Source: an uncultured Deferribacteres bacterium (lineage in GTDB: Bacteria > Zhuqueibacterota > Zhuqueibacteria > Zhuqueibacterales > Geothermadaptataceae). From it: a stretch of 56,251 nucleotides of DNA. Under the pieces are notes generated by a model. The model ran no database searches. It was not told the origin of the DNA and saw nothing but the letters and a program-made list of their open reading frames with translations. How positions within the stretch are numbered: position 1 is the first letter of the stretch; each line of letters begins with the position of its first letter. Positions 28,167 through 38,621 of this stretch are shown piece after piece. The position numbers were made by a program, and so were the translations under genes. The stretch lies in contig CAXHAT010000021.1 of NCBI GenBank assembly GCA_964014485.1, positions 1-56,251 of the forward strand. Reading direction: 5' to 3'.

Positions 28167-30095
28167 ATGAAATCCAAAACATTAGCCTCCGCGGCAATAG
28201 TTTCGGTGATTTTGATCGGCGGGTATTTTGCTTTTCAGGCGCTTGGCAGGCAAAACAGCCCTGCTGATGATCTGGCCAAAGCAACGGAGCTATAAGTTCA
28301 AGTTCGCAATGAAAAAGCTGTGGAGCTGATGCAAAAAATACTGAAAAATGAGTCAGCGCCTTTGGAAGATCGCCAAAAAGCCGGGCAAATCCTGTCGCGA
28401 ATCCATGATCTGGTTTATGAAAACACCGACAAAGCGCGCGAGATTATCGAGTACTCGATAGATTTAGACGCCAACGATGCGGAATCTTTCAAACAACTTG
28501 TCGAAGTCGAGCGGAATGCCGGACGTTTCGAAGAAGCGCGGAACGTCGCCGCCAAAATGAGAAACGCTGCGAAAACGCGGCGGGACGTCCATCTCGCGCT
28601 CCGAGCATACGCTGAGACCGCCCTTGCAGAGGCGTTGACATCATTATCACCGGGCGCGAGCTTGCCGTATCCTTTCCGGCTCAACGACAACGTGATCACA
28701 GAAGCATTGGCGGGCTTGGACACGGTTTTGTCGGAAGACCTTAGCCATTATGATCTGCTGATCGCGCAATTCAAACTGGCTGTGCTCGCGGGCAAGGGCG
28801 AAATCGCCATGCAAAGCTGGGCTCGCTACTTTGACGCTCACAACGAAGGCGAATACGGATGCAAGCGTATACAGGAAGCTTATGAAAGTTTGGCAAAAGC
28901 TCTACGCGACTGGAGCGCTGAAACGTCAAATTTCGCCGCACGAGAAAAATTGGCGCTCGCGTTGGCGGACGGCTGGGTTTTTGATTTGGCCGCCGCATAT
29001 GCCAAGACCTTGCCCGATGCACAAGTTAAAAACAAGCCAAGAATCGAAGAGCTCATCGCCTACGACGGCTTTCTCGGAGAGCTAAAAGCCGTTTCTGAAG
29101 ATTACTACCGAGAATCCGTGCTTGCCGGGGAGTCTCACAAAACCGATCAGTACCGCGCTGCATTGAACGATAAAATGCAAGCGGTCTGGAAGCGGCTAGC
29201 CTGGGACACGCCGCCCGGGACGTATTCGCGATCAAAATTGCTGGGCGAACTGGAGCGCAGATTTGGAACGATTATTCGTCAGGGCTGGGCGAACAGTTGG
29301 TACGGTCTATTATGCGGGCATTTGGTGATTGACGGCGACATGGAAGTAGAGCAATACAGCAAAAAAGGCAGGCTAAAATTTAAATCCGTCGATGTGCTGG
29401 CCGTGAAGTCGCTGCGGGATTGGTACTTTGGCAGACTCGGCAGCATTGGCGGATGGGCTTCAAACCAGACGGTTTACGAAGTCAGGGCGTCTACTGTGAA
29501 AATTCCGTTTGAGGCCTGGAATTTCGCGACTGACCCGGAAGTCAGGGAAGAACTGGAAAAGGAAATCGCGAAACTATCGCCTCAGGATGAAAAAACGGCT
29601 GCTCAAAACCTCGTTTCAGCGCCGCGCGGGTTCGCCAAAAAACTTATCAGAAAGGTGACGTCTGAATTTCTCGAACCATTGGAAGAGCGCGTGTTGCAAG
29701 GCGATGAGTTGCGAGACGCTTACATCTCCGAGTTTGCTCGCGTCGGTTTTGAGAGCGGAATTATTGCGCACGAAGGGCGGCACGCCATCGATTACAGAAT
29801 TTCCTCCAGTTTTTCCAGCCACGAACTTGAGTATCGCGCCAAACTCTCGGAAATTGCGTTCTCTTCCCATCCGTTTTTGCCGCTGGCGAACATGTTTTCC
29901 TACGGCGTCAACGATACGCCGCACGGAAAGGCAAACAGAAAACTCATCAAAGGATTGATTGAGTGGATGGGCGAAAACAAAGATCAAATTGCCGGTTTGG
30001 ATTCCGGCAGACCGTTGGTTTTGCAACTCGATTTGCTGACGAACGATCAGTTGCGAGAAGCCGCACGCTCCCTTGATCCACTCTCCGTACCGTGA
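28167..30095 (+). pseudogene. Exported TPR-like/HExxH putative metallopeptidase interrupted by one in-frame TAA
   Basis: ATG 28167 (GAAGGA upstream) gives MKSKTLASAAIVSVILIGGYFAFQA..., then TAA at 28293-28295, then the same frame continues into ORF 28320..30095; IIAHEGRHAID and downstream ELEYRA motif. Confidence 0.7.
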
Positions 30096-30162
30096 ACTGT
30101 AAGCAGTAAACTGTGAGCTGAATTCTGCTTACAGCTTACAGCGCACAGTTTACTGTTTACAG
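30090..30162. repeat. Heptamer-repeat long hairpin between convergent genes (possible bidirectional terminator)
   Basis: CTGTAAG CAGTAAA CTGTGAG ... CTTACAG CTTACAG CGCACAG TTTACTG TTTACAG; the arms are near reverse complements. Confidence 0.7.
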
Positions 30163-30164
30163 AC

Positions 30165-30590
30165 TCAATTATCCTGCGCTCCGCCGTCAATCCAATCGCG
30201 CACGGCGTTGATCTGTGATTGACTGAGCGAGCCGCCGATCGGCATTCTCGCGCCGACAATCCCGCTGCCGATGATTTTCATGAAAAGATAGGAGTTGGCG
30301 GCGTCATTGGGCTGCACGAGAAACTTGCGCCCGTCTTCACGAGATTGGACGTTGACCAGATTGCCGAACGCTTGTCCGGCTTGCAGATTCAACCCGCCCG
30401 CCGGATTGTTGCCGACGTGACAGCCCGAACGTGCGCAAGTCGGCGTTAAGACAGATTGTTGTATGCTTGAGAACGTCGCTTCAATCTGGGTGTTGTCAAT
30501 CCCTGCGATAGGCTGTTTTTGACAGGCTGAGAATCCGGCGAATAATGCGGCGCAGGCGACGATTTTTATTTTTTCTGAAATGTGAGACAT
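30165..30590 (-). CDS. Lipoprotein with putative c-type cytochrome domain (CX4CH)
   Basis: Lipobox FSA-C; CARSGCH; SYLFMKI, RMP and DWIDGGA motifs; AAGGAG RBS. Confidence 0.75.
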   Translation of the reverse strand: MSHISEKIKIVACAALFAGFSACQKQPIAGIDNTQIEATFSSIQQSVLTPTCARSGCHVGNNPAGGLNLQAGQAFGNLVNVQSREDGRKFLVQPNDAANSYLFMKIIGSGIVGARMPIGGSLSQSQINAVRDWIDGGAQDN

Positions 30591-30603
30591 GAATTGCGAC
30601 TCC

Positions 30604-31974
30604 TTAAAATGGGTAGTTCATGGTGCGAAAGACATTGAAGCCCAGGCGCATCTCGCCCTGAGCGAAATTGAAATTTCCCCCGCTTAAATACTGATTCGTA
30701 GTGTTGCCAAGCGTATTGGTGACGAAAATATGAAAAACGTGCCCGCCTAAGTGAATCTCAAATCCCGCGGTGAAACTCTCGTTGATGACGCTGACGACGT
30801 TGTCGATAGGGGAGAGGCCGACGGTTGCCGCGTCTCCCGCGCCGGAAAGCATGGGAATGTACTCAACGAAAAAGCCGTATTTTTTCGAAAGGCTTGCTCT
30901 GCCGACCAGCCCCAAAGTGATGAGCGGCGCTTCTCCCGCGAGACGGGCGTTGCCGTTGAGCAGAATGCCGGGAACGGTCAACAGCGAAAACCGGCCCAAG
31001 CGTTTGCTAACAGGAAGTTGGGCGAAAAATGCGAAACGTTCTCCGTCCAGCCTGCCGGTGTTTTGATTGATGTTGAGCGGGTCGGGAATGATCGCGGTTG
31101 ACGACCAATCGACTCCGGCGTTGAGCGCCGCTGACACTGGAAGGCCCCAATTTTCCGAGATCAAACGAAACTTCGCGCCAGCTTCAATGGTCGCGTCTTC
31201 GGCGGAGCGTGCGAAGGTGAGCGAGAGCCGGTTTGAAAGCGGGAAGCCGACTTGCGTCATCATAAACGCACCGTCGTCCAGCCCGAAAAAGCGATCAATT
31301 CCCGAACTGACTTGCCCCGCAAATTTGTGCCCGACGCGATACATGAATCCGCCCTTCGGCACGGTGTTCGTTGTCGGCAAGTTTGCCGCTGACCAACCGG
31401 GGAAGGTTTGCGGCGGCCTTTTTTTCGGAGATGAGATGCGCGGCGACTCGTCGACGTAGCTTTCATTGCCGTTCCAGGCTTTTTTCGGAGCCTCGCTTTT
31501 GCCGGACATAGATTTTATCCAGGAGACAATGGCGCGCAATTCGGAGTTCGAGAGCCGCTCTCCTCCAGGCGGCATGACTTTGCCTTGCATGCCCTGGCTG
31601 TCCAGCAGCTTGGCCATCAGGTAGCTTTTGTGCGGCGCGCCCGGCGTAACGCGAATCATTTGCGAATTTGCCGAACTTCGCACGTTAACCAATTCCGAAA
31701 ACGCCGCTTTTTCAGACAGATCCAAATCACCAGCAGGGGAAGGGCTGACGTGACAGCCAGACACGGCGCAACTGACGTCGAAGATTTCCTGCACTTCCGC
31801 AGGCAATTTTGTTTGGGCGTTTGCCGCTGCTGGAAAGATAAGCGAGTACAAAATCACTCGGGTGATCGATTTCCAAAGCAGCCTCAAATGATTTGCTCTT
31901 ATCGCTGATTTTCCCCTGTTCCTCGATTCTTCCTTGAACCGAAAAAGCAAAATCCCCGGGGATAACATATTCAT
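30604..31974 (-). CDS. Putative cytochrome c domain (CX4CH) fused to a DUF5777-like outer-membrane beta-barrel
   Basis: Signal peptide ANA-Q; CAVSGCH, SYLMAKL, VMPP, SWI; barrel part NLPT...HKF...FFGLD...GGHVFHIFVTN...LGFNVFR. Confidence 0.72.
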   Translation of the reverse strand: MNMLSPGILLFRFKEESRNRGKSAIRANHLRLLWKSITRVILYSLIFPAAANAQTKLPAEVQEIFDVSCAVSGCHVSPSPAGDLDLSEKAAFSELVNVRSSANSQMIRVTPGAPHKSYLMAKLLDSQGMQGKVMPPGGERLSNSELRAIVSWIKSMSGKSEAPKKAWNGNESYVDESPRISSPKKRPPQTFPGWSAANLPTTNTVPKGGFMYRVGHKFAGQVSSGIDRFFGLDDGAFMMTQVGFPLSNRLSLTFARSAEDATIEAGAKFRLISENWGLPVSAALNAGVDWSSTAIIPDPLNINQNTGRLDGERFAFFAQLPVSKRLGRFSLLTVPGILLNGNARLAGEAPLITLGLVGRASLSKKYGFFVEYIPMLSGAGDAATVGLSPIDNVVSVINESFTAGFEIHLGGHVFHIFVTNTLGNTTNQYLSGGNFNFAQGEMRLGFNVFRTMNYPF

Positions 31975-32386
31975 AGCTGACTTTCTCCTAAGTCGTTCAA
32001 TGAATCCACGCTTTCGGTATCGCGCTGTGAAGAACGATCCGTTTTGACGTCGCCAAAATATTTATCAGCGGCGGGTATTGAAATCATAGAGAATGGGAAT
32101 TTGCTGTCGAGGCGGGGGGGAAGGGTGCGTCGTCTTTTGTGCGACAACGGACAGCGAGATGGCCGTCATTGAATAAACGACAACGTACGGGCGTGGAGCG
32201 TGACGTCAATTATGCGCTTCCAACGATATTCTTAAAAAATGCGCCGCCCTAATTTGCCGAGGCAAAAGCGGCCCGTGCGCTTCTCGCGGCATTGGAGCGG
32301 ATTTTGAAAACCTGCCTCCACGCTTAGGAATCCGGGGATGAGCTATGGACGGCGAGTCCCGGATTCTTTTTAGTTTCAGACGTTCA

Positions 32387-32414
32387 GTAGAGACGAGATG
32401 CATCGCGTCTCTAC
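32387..32414. repeat. GTAG-type REP palindrome
   Basis: GTAGAGACGAGATGCATCGCGTCTCTAC. Confidence 0.65.
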
Positions 32415-32610
32415 AATACGACGGACTGCAATCAAGGCGTCGAATTAAAAACGACAATCGGGCAATTTTGAAAACCACATTTGAAACGCATTTGCAACGA
32501 TTTTTCACAAAAGCCCGATCATCTATTTTATCGCCAGTCAATCTGAAGTTATTGCGGGTTGAAAGCTCATTTTAAATGGAAGGATTCATTTAACTGAAAG
32601 GATTTCAACG

Positions 32611-33180
32611 ATGAAATGCATCAAATTCTCAATTCTATCGATCTGTGCATTGGCGTTTTTCGCGTGTAGTACGGAAGAAAACCCAAACAATGTCGATGAA
32701 GCTGAAGTTCTGGAAAACCTTGAACCTGCTGAAGTCGAGAAGCTGCTGGTGGAAGAAGCGGGCGTTCAAAACGCTGAAGCGCTGCAAGTCGTTAAAGGCG
32801 TCAACAATGCGATTGAAGTGCAGTACGAAACGTTCACGACAATCGTCGAAGAAAACGCGCCGGTGTTCGAAGAAGCGGAGGACGGCAGCCAAGTGGCCGT
32901 AAGACGCTCAAACGATGTGAAGGTGACGGTTGAGTTTGACGGTGAAGATGTGCTTTGGGTCACTCAAATCAAGGGTGAGGAAGTCATGACGGTTCGCCGT
33001 TTGGAGAATTCCGATCTCGAAGTACAGATCAATGACGCAGCGGGGTCCATTGACGCCAAAATTCAGGACGGCGCTCTGCAAGTCGCATTTGCCGATAACG
33101 CCGGGAATAAGTACACTATCATCGAAAGAAACGGCGGCGGCGTGACGGTCTCAAAAAATAATGTCGTGATTGAAAATTAA
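32611..33180 (+). CDS. Acidic hypothetical lipoprotein
   Basis: AAAGGA RBS; lipobox FFA-C; 189 aa; followed by a hairpin/T-run. Confidence 0.75.
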   Translation: MKCIKFSILSICALAFFACSTEENPNNVDEAEVLENLEPAEVEKLLVEEAGVQNAEALQVVKGVNNAIEVQYETFTTIVEENAPVFEEAEDGSQVAVRRSNDVKVTVEFDGEDVLWVTQIKGEEVMTVRRLENSDLEVQINDAAGSIDAKIQDGALQVAFADNAGNKYTIIERNGGGVTVSKNNVVIEN

Positions 33181-33302
33181 GCTTTTCAAAAAGGACATTT
33201 TGAATAATTCTCAAATTAAATTGGCTGTTTGCGATTTGACCCAAAGCCAATAACAAATAGCCAAAAACTGTTCTTGTCTTCTCCAATTCCTGCCGACGAA
33301 AA

Positions 33303-33363
33303 CCGCGAACGCGAGTGTTGTTGTGTTTGAAAACATAGCAACGAATGCGTTCGCGGGATTTTT
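33303..33363 (+). terminator. Probable intrinsic terminator
   Basis: CCGCGAACGC...GCGTTCGCGG then GATTTTT. Confidence 0.5.
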
Positions 33364-33443
33364 AATTTTGCCTCACCGTCTCGCGACCTGCGAACTTGTT
33401 AATCTCCCTGCTTTTCCAGATATTTTGAATGACTGAATTCCTG

Positions 33444-33472
33444 TTGCAATGATAGGCTGATTATGCTATATT
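33444..33472 (+). promoter_or_regulatory. Candidate sigma70 promoter for arcC
   Basis: TTGCAA-17 nt-TATATT with an extended -10 TG. Confidence 0.5.
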
Positions 33473-33603
33473 TGGCGCTTCTTTTTTGAGCTTGCCCGCC
33501 TTGTGTTTCGCACTTACCGGCGCTTGCTTTAAATGTTGTTTTCAGCGCCGTCTCCTTGTGGCGAATTTAAATTTCCTTTCATTCTTGGAACAACGATGTA
33601 AAA

Positions 33604-34566
33604 ATGCTAGGAAATAGCAAAACAGCGGTCATCGCTTTGGGCGGCAATGCAATATCGCGCGAATCCGAAGACGATGACATTTATAAGCAATTCGCAAATA
33701 CGCGAAAGGCTTTAGAGCCGGTCGCGGAACTGGTAAAGCGCGGCTGGCGCATCATTCTGACGCACGGCGGTGGTCCGCAAATCGGAAATATGCTTCTGCG
33801 AGTCGAAGAAAGCCGGGAGCGCGTGCCGCCGATTCCGCTAGGTGTGATCGTCGCCGATTTGCAAGGCGGCATGGGTTATATGATTCAGCAGACGCTGCAA
33901 AACAAGCTTCATCGACGCGGCATTGTGAAAAAAGTCATCACGGTTATTTCACAGGTGGTGGTCGAGAAAAACGACCCGGCAATTTTGAATCCGAGCAAGT
34001 TTGTCGGGCCTGGTTATTCAGAGAATGAAGTAGAAGCTTTGTGTTCAGAACGCGGCTGGCAGATGAAACAATATAACGAGAAAAAATGGCGTCGAGTCGT
34101 CCCGTCGCCTGTTCCTTTGGAAGTCATCGGTCGTGAAACGATTGAAAATTTGCTTGGCCTCGATGCTGTGGTGATTGCTTGCGGCGGCGGCGGAATTCCG
34201 GTCTGCCGCGACGGAGATGGTTGTCTCGAGGGCGTTGACGCGGTAATTGACAAAGATTTGTCTTCTATGCTCCTGGCAAAAAGCATCGGCGCTGATGCGC
34301 TTTATATTTCAACGGCGGTTGACTACGTTTATTTGAATTTCGGCAAGCAAAACCAACGTGCGCTGAAAGAAATGTCTGTAGCGCAAGCGAAAAAATGGCT
34401 TGCTGATGGCCAATTCCCGGCAGGCAGCATGGGGCCCAAAGTTCAGGCCGGAATTGACTTCATCGAATCCGGCGGGACGGAGTTTGTCATTACACCCACG
34501 GAAAAACTCGTTGAGGCTGCCGAAGGAAAAGCGGGGACGAGGATCAGGGCTGATGAAGGAGACTAA
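33604..34566 (+). CDS. arcC: Carbamate kinase
   Basis: VIALGGNA, THG.GPQ.G, WRRVVPSP.P, GGGGIPV, GVDAVIDKD, GSMGPK. Confidence 0.95.
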   Translation: MLGNSKTAVIALGGNAISRESEDDDIYKQFANTRKALEPVAELVKRGWRIILTHGGGPQIGNMLLRVEESRERVPPIPLGVIVADLQGGMGYMIQQTLQNKLHRRGIVKKVITVISQVVVEKNDPAILNPSKFVGPGYSENEVEALCSERGWQMKQYNEKKWRRVVPSPVPLEVIGRETIENLLGLDAVVIACGGGGIPVCRDGDGCLEGVDAVIDKDLSSMLLAKSIGADALYISTAVDYVYLNFGKQNQRALKEMSVAQAKKWLADGQFPAGSMGPKVQAGIDFIESGGTEFVITPTEKLVEAAEGKAGTRIRADEGD

Positions 34567-34567
34567 C

Positions 34568-34897
34568 ATGGCTTCCCAAAAGACGGAACAACTACAAATA
34601 TCTTTGCTGAAAGAAGTTATAGGCGAAAAGTTTGGAGCTAAGCAAGTCATCCTCTTTGGCTCGCAAGCTTATGGGGAAGTCAAACCTGAAAGCGATATTG
34701 ATTTATGTGTTATAGCCAATTTGAAAAATAAGAGAAAAATTGACTTAATGCGAGAAATCAGACGCGCTTTAATGAACAAAATTTCAATGCCACTGGACAT
34801 TTTGGTTTATAGCGAGCGCGAATTTGCAGAGAGGGCCAAGCTCAAAAATACGCTAGAGTATAAAATCTTAAGCGACGGACTCAAGGTCTATGGATAA
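34568..34897 (+). CDS. Minimal nucleotidyltransferase (MNT) domain protein
   Basis: ATG 34568 after GAAGGAG; ILFGSQAYG...SDIDLCVI...PLDILVY. Confidence 0.85.
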   Translation: MASQKTEQLQISLLKEVIGEKFGAKQVILFGSQAYGEVKPESDIDLCVIANLKNKRKIDLMREIRRALMNKISMPLDILVYSEREFAERAKLKNTLEYKILSDGLKVYG

Positions 34898-35049
34898 AAT
34901 CGATGTGGCAAACGAGTAGTTCAATATCGCCGAATCCTTTTCCAATGGATGTTTTGGATTCGGATATGAAAGTCGCCCTAAGAAATATCAAAAAGATTAG
35001 AAGCTTTGTTTTAGCGAAATCCGATTTAACTGATGACGAAAAAAAATAG
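34890..35049 (+). pseudogene. HEPN-domain gene remnant (nonsense codon plus internal deletion)
   Basis: MDKIDVANE*FNIAES, then a frame change to FPMDVLDSDMKVALRNIKKIRSFVLAK. This resembles the N- and C-terminal helices of MNT-associated HEPN proteins with the core missing. Confidence 0.6.
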
Positions 35050-35064
35050 ATCAGGGAGGTTGAT

Positions 35065-36231
35065 TTGAATATTCATGAGTATCAAGGCAAGGAAATACTA
35101 AAAAAATTCGGCGTACCCGTGCCTGAAGGCCGTGTGACCGATGACGCCGCCGAGGCGGAGAAGATCGCGCAGGAGTTGGGCACTTCAGTCGTTGTGGTAA
35201 AAGCGCAGATTCACGCGGGCGGACGTGGAAAGGGCGGCGGCGTAAAATTGGCGAAAAGCCCCGCAGAAGCGCGTGAAATTGCCGGACAAATTCTGGGTAT
35301 GAATTTGGTTACGCACCAAACCGGGCCTGACGGCAAGGAAGTGCGCAAAGTGCTCGTCGAGCAAGGGCTGGATATTGAAAAAGAATTTTACGTCGGCATA
35401 ACACTTGACCGCGCCGTCGGTCAGCTCGCGTTTATGGCCAGCACCGAGGGCGGCGTTGAGATTGAAAAAGTCGCCGAGGAATCGCCTGAAAAGATTTTGA
35501 AAGAATGGATTGATCCTGCGGTCGGATTGCGTCCGGCTCAGGCGCGCAAGCTTGCTTTTGGCCTTGGACTTTCTGGCGGCGCTTTCAAAAATGCAGTCAA
35601 GTTCATTTTTGCGCTCTACGAAGCCTACATCGCGACTGACGCTTCCTTGTTTGAGATTAATCCGCTGGTCGTAACCAAGTCCGGTGACGTTCTTGCGTTG
35701 GACGCAAAAATCAACTTTGATGACAGTGCGCTCTATCGCCACAAAGATTATGAAGCAATGCGCGATTTGAGCGAAGAAGAGCCTTTGGAAGTTGAAGCGG
35801 ACAAGTTTGGCTTGAATTACATCAAATTGGACGGCAACGTCGGCTGCATGGTGAACGGCGCCGGGCTGGCAATGGCAACGATGGACATCATCAAGTACTC
35901 TGGCGGCGAACCGGCAAACTTCCTCGACGTTGGCGGCGGCGCGAGCGCGGAGACGGTGGAAAACGGCTTTAAAATCATCCTTTCCGACAAAAACGTCAAA
36001 GCAGTTTTGATCAATATTTTCGGCGGCATCGTCCGTTGCGACCGTGTAGCGAACGGCGTGATTCAAGCGGCTAAAAACGTTGATATTACCGTGCCCATGG
36101 TCGTGCGTCTTGAAGGCACCAACGCTGAAGAAGCGGCGGATATTCTCGCAAAGTCCGGCTTGACATTGCAGGTCGCCGGATCGCTCGAAGATGCAGCGCA
36201 AAAAGTTGTTGCGGCGGCGGTAGCTGCGTAA
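35065..36231 (+). CDS. sucC: Succinate-CoA ligase beta subunit
   Basis: [49 protein letters not shown] start with GGAGG. Confidence 0.98.
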   Translation: MNIHEYQGKEILKKFGVPVPEGRVTDDAAEAEKIAQELGTSVVVVKAQIHAGGRGKGGGVKLAKSPAEAREIAGQILGMNLVTHQTGPDGKEVRKVLVEQGLDIEKEFYVGITLDRAVGQLAFMASTEGGVEIEKVAEESPEKILKEWIDPAVGLRPAQARKLAFGLGLSGGAFKNAVKFIFALYEAYIATDASLFEINPLVVTKSGDVLALDAKINFDDSALYRHKDYEAMRDLSEEEPLEVEADKFGLNYIKLDGNVGCMVNGAGLAMATMDIIKYSGGEPANFLDVGGGASAETVENGFKIILSDKNVKAVLINIFGGIVRCDRVANGVIQAAKNVDITVPMVVRLEGTNAEEAADILAKSGLTLQVAGSLEDAAQKVVAAAVAA

Positions 36232-36266
36232 TTTTAGTTTAGAACTACCAAATGTTTGAGATGAGT

Positions 36267-36417
36267 CAAATTCCAAATGACAAATCTCAAATTACAGATA
36301 AATCCCAAACGCCAACTTCCAAGGAATAGACGAGACGGAGCCATTTTATCATTGGATTAAGTTTGAATATTGCAATTTGAAATTTATTTGGAAATTGGCG
36401 CTTGATTTTTGGGGTTT
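36267..36417. repeat. Heptamer-repeat inverted structure between sucC and sucD
   Basis: CAAATTC CAAATGA CAAATCT CAAATTA ... TTGAATA TTGCAAT TTGAAAT ... TTGGAAA TTGG. Confidence 0.6.
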
Positions 36418-36475
36418 ATGTTTGTCTGGTTTAACGATTTTAGCAAAAGAAATTTTTTGAATAGAGGAGGTTGTT

Positions 36476-37351
36476 TTGAGCGTACTTGTTGACAATAACA
36501 CCCGCTTGGTCGTCCAGGGCATTACCGGCGGCGAAGGCTCGTTTCACGCCGGGCAAATGCTGGAATACGGTACGAACATTGTCGCGGGCGTGACGCCGGG
36601 AAAAGGCGGGCAGAAGTTTCAGAATCAAGTTTCGATTTTTAATACAGTTGCCGATGCTGTGGCCGAAACAGACGCCAATGCATCCGTTATTTTTGTACCG
36701 CCGCCTTTTGCCGCTGATGCGATTATGGAGGCTGCTGACGCTGGAGTAGCTCTTGTAGTGACCATCACAGAAGGCATTCCTGTCGCGGATATGGTGAAGG
36801 TGAGAGCGTTCTTGGCCAGCCGCAATACACGCATGGTTGGGCCAAATTGCCCGGGCGTGATTTCTCCGGGACAATGCAAAATCGGCATTATGCCCGGGTT
36901 TATTCACAAACCGGGGCGCGTCGGCGTTATTTCGCGCTCAGGGACTTTGACTTATGAAGCGGTGCATCAGCTTTCAGTTTTGGGGATTGGGCAGTCAACA
37001 TGCATCGGTATTGGCGGCGATCCGATTATCGGCACGACGCACACTGACGCTTTGAAGTTATTCAATAAAGATGATGACACCGATGCTGTTGTTTTGATCG
37101 GCGAAATAGGCGGTTCGGCTGAGCAGGAAGCGGCGGCTTATATTAAATCTGATTTCAATAAGCCGGTTGTTGCGTTTATCGCAGGGCAAACCGCGCCTCC
37201 TGGTCGACGCATGGGGCACGCAGGCGCTATCATTTCAGGCGGCGGGGGGACGGCTGGGGAAAAAATGACCGCCTTGCGGGACGCTGGCGCATTGGTTTGC
37301 GAAAGTCCCGCTGATATTGGAACGATGATGCAAAAAGCATTGAAAGAGTAA
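36476..37351 (+). CDS. sucD: Succinate-CoA ligase alpha subunit
   Basis: [34 protein letters not shown]. Confidence 0.98.
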   Translation: MSVLVDNNTRLVVQGITGGEGSFHAGQMLEYGTNIVAGVTPGKGGQKFQNQVSIFNTVADAVAETDANASVIFVPPPFAADAIMEAADAGVALVVTITEGIPVADMVKVRAFLASRNTRMVGPNCPGVISPGQCKIGIMPGFIHKPGRVGVISRSGTLTYEAVHQLSVLGIGQSTCIGIGGDPIIGTTHTDALKLFNKDDDTDAVVLIGEIGGSAEQEAAAYIKSDFNKPVVAFIAGQTAPPGRRMGHAGAIISGGGGTAGEKMTALRDAGALVCESPADIGTMMQKALKE

Positions 37352-37354
37352 AAT

Positions 37355-37436
37355 TTGGAGCGATGGATTGATGGATTATTGGGGCCCATTCTCCATCAAT
37401 CCATTATTCCCATAACCCTAGATTCCAACAATCCAC
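37355..37436. repeat. Octamer-repeat inverted structure between sucD and ndk (similar patch at ~25270-25315)
   Basis: TTGGAGCG ATGGATTG ATGGATTA TTGGGG...CAATCCAT TATTCCCA...GATTCCAA CAATCCAC. Confidence 0.55.
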
Positions 37437-37486
37437 GCGAAGCGAGCTAAGGCTTGTTTTTGCACTAAATTCTAAGGAGAAATACT

Positions 37487-37909
37487 GTGAGTAGAACGCT
37501 TGCGATTTTAAAGCCAGACTGTGTTGGCGCTAACAAAACGGGCAAAGTTTTAGATCGTATTCTTGAAGCCGGTTTTCGCGTCGTTGCCATGAAAATGGTT
37601 CAACTGACCCCGGAAACCGCCGGCAAATTCTATGAAGTTCATAAAGAACGCCCGTTTTATAATGACCTCGTTTCGTTTATGTGCGGCGATCGCTGCGTGC
37701 CGATTGCTCTTGAGAAAGAAAACGCAGTGGCGGCGTTCCGTGAACTGATCGGAGCGACCGACCCGGCGGAAGCGGCTGATGGGACGATTCGTAAGGACTT
37801 CGCGACAAGCAAGCAGAATAATATTGTGCATGGCTCCGACTCAGACGAAAATGCCGCGATAGAAATCGGGTTTTTCTTTTCAGCGCGAGAGGTGGTAGAG
37901 ACGGAGTGA
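37487..37909 (+). CDS. ndk: Nucleoside diphosphate kinase
   Basis: [27 protein letters not shown]. Confidence 0.98.
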   Translation: MSRTLAILKPDCVGANKTGKVLDRILEAGFRVVAMKMVQLTPETAGKFYEVHKERPFYNDLVSFMCGDRCVPIALEKENAVAAFRELIGATDPAEAADGTIRKDFATSKQNNIVHGSDSDENAAIEIGFFFSAREVVETE

Positions 37910-37929
37910 CGAGAATCGGTTGATAAATT

Positions 37930-37964
37930 AACCGTCTGATGATTCAAAATCAGGCGGTTTTTTT
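37930..37964 (+). terminator. Intrinsic terminator after ndk
   Basis: AACCGTCTGAT...ATCAGGCGGTT followed by a T-run. Confidence 0.7.
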
Positions 37965-38021
37965 ATGCTGTTCGGCCTCACCGGAGTCGTTTTTAAAACG
38001 CAACAAAGTGAGAGAATAAGC

Positions 38022-38050
38022 TTGACTTGTACTTGATTCTATTTTAAATT
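38022..38050 (+). promoter_or_regulatory. Candidate sigma70 promoter of the yceD-rpmF-plsX-fab operon
   Basis: TTGACT-17 nt-TAAATT, 45 nt upstream of the yceD start. Confidence 0.6.
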
Positions 38051-38094
38051 CGCGACTAATTTTTTTTGCCCAGCTACCTTGGCAAGGATACAAG

Positions 38095-38601
38095 ATGAAA
38101 GTCGAAATATCGCATTTGCCGAACGGCGTTCACGATCTGGACGTGGTTGGCGAGCCCGCAGATTTCGAACTTGAAGATAGTGGCGGGTTTAAAAATGAAA
38201 TTCAGGTCCAGTTGAAATTGGACAAAAAATCGGATTCAGTCTACCTGCAACTTTCGGCGAAAACGAAAATTCGCCTTGATTGTGACCGATGTCTGGATGA
38301 GTTTGAAGAAAATATAGCAGCGCAGGCACGAATCATTTTTACCCGCGACGCAAGTCTCGGAGATAATAACGACGAAGTCCGAGACCTGGAGTTAAATCAA
38401 GCTGAACTTGATATTACGAATGACGTGCATGATTTGCTCTTGCTCGCCGTGCCTATAAAATCATTATGCAAGTCCGATTGCAAAGGGCTCTGCCCGCATT
38501 GCGGTGAAAACCTGAATCTTGGCGAATGTGGATGCCAAGTCACAACGGTTGATCCCCGATGGGAAGCGTTGCAAGCGCTTTCTAAAAATCGGCAAAACTG
38601 A
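38095..38601 (+). CDS. yceD: DUF177/YceD family protein
   Basis: CDRCL, LC...CKGLCP.CG.NLN...C.C...DPRW..L; upstream of rpmF. Confidence 0.9.
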   Translation: MKVEISHLPNGVHDLDVVGEPADFELEDSGGFKNEIQVQLKLDKKSDSVYLQLSAKTKIRLDCDRCLDEFEENIAAQARIIFTRDASLGDNNDEVRDLELNQAELDITNDVHDLLLLAVPIKSLCKSDCKGLCPHCGENLNLGECGCQVTTVDPRWEALQALSKNRQN

Positions 38602-38621
38602 GAATTAAGGAGAACACAACA

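Noticed and set aside
28293..28295. Programmed recoding (selenocysteine/pyrrolysine) at the internal stop
   Set aside because: The codon is TAA, not TGA or TAG, and TAA terminates many genes in this window.
2182..36276. Long antisense ORFs such as 2182..3285, 4723..5457, 12105..12947 and 35185..36276
   Set aside because: Mirror frames of well-supported genes, expected from codon bias, with no recognisable motifs.
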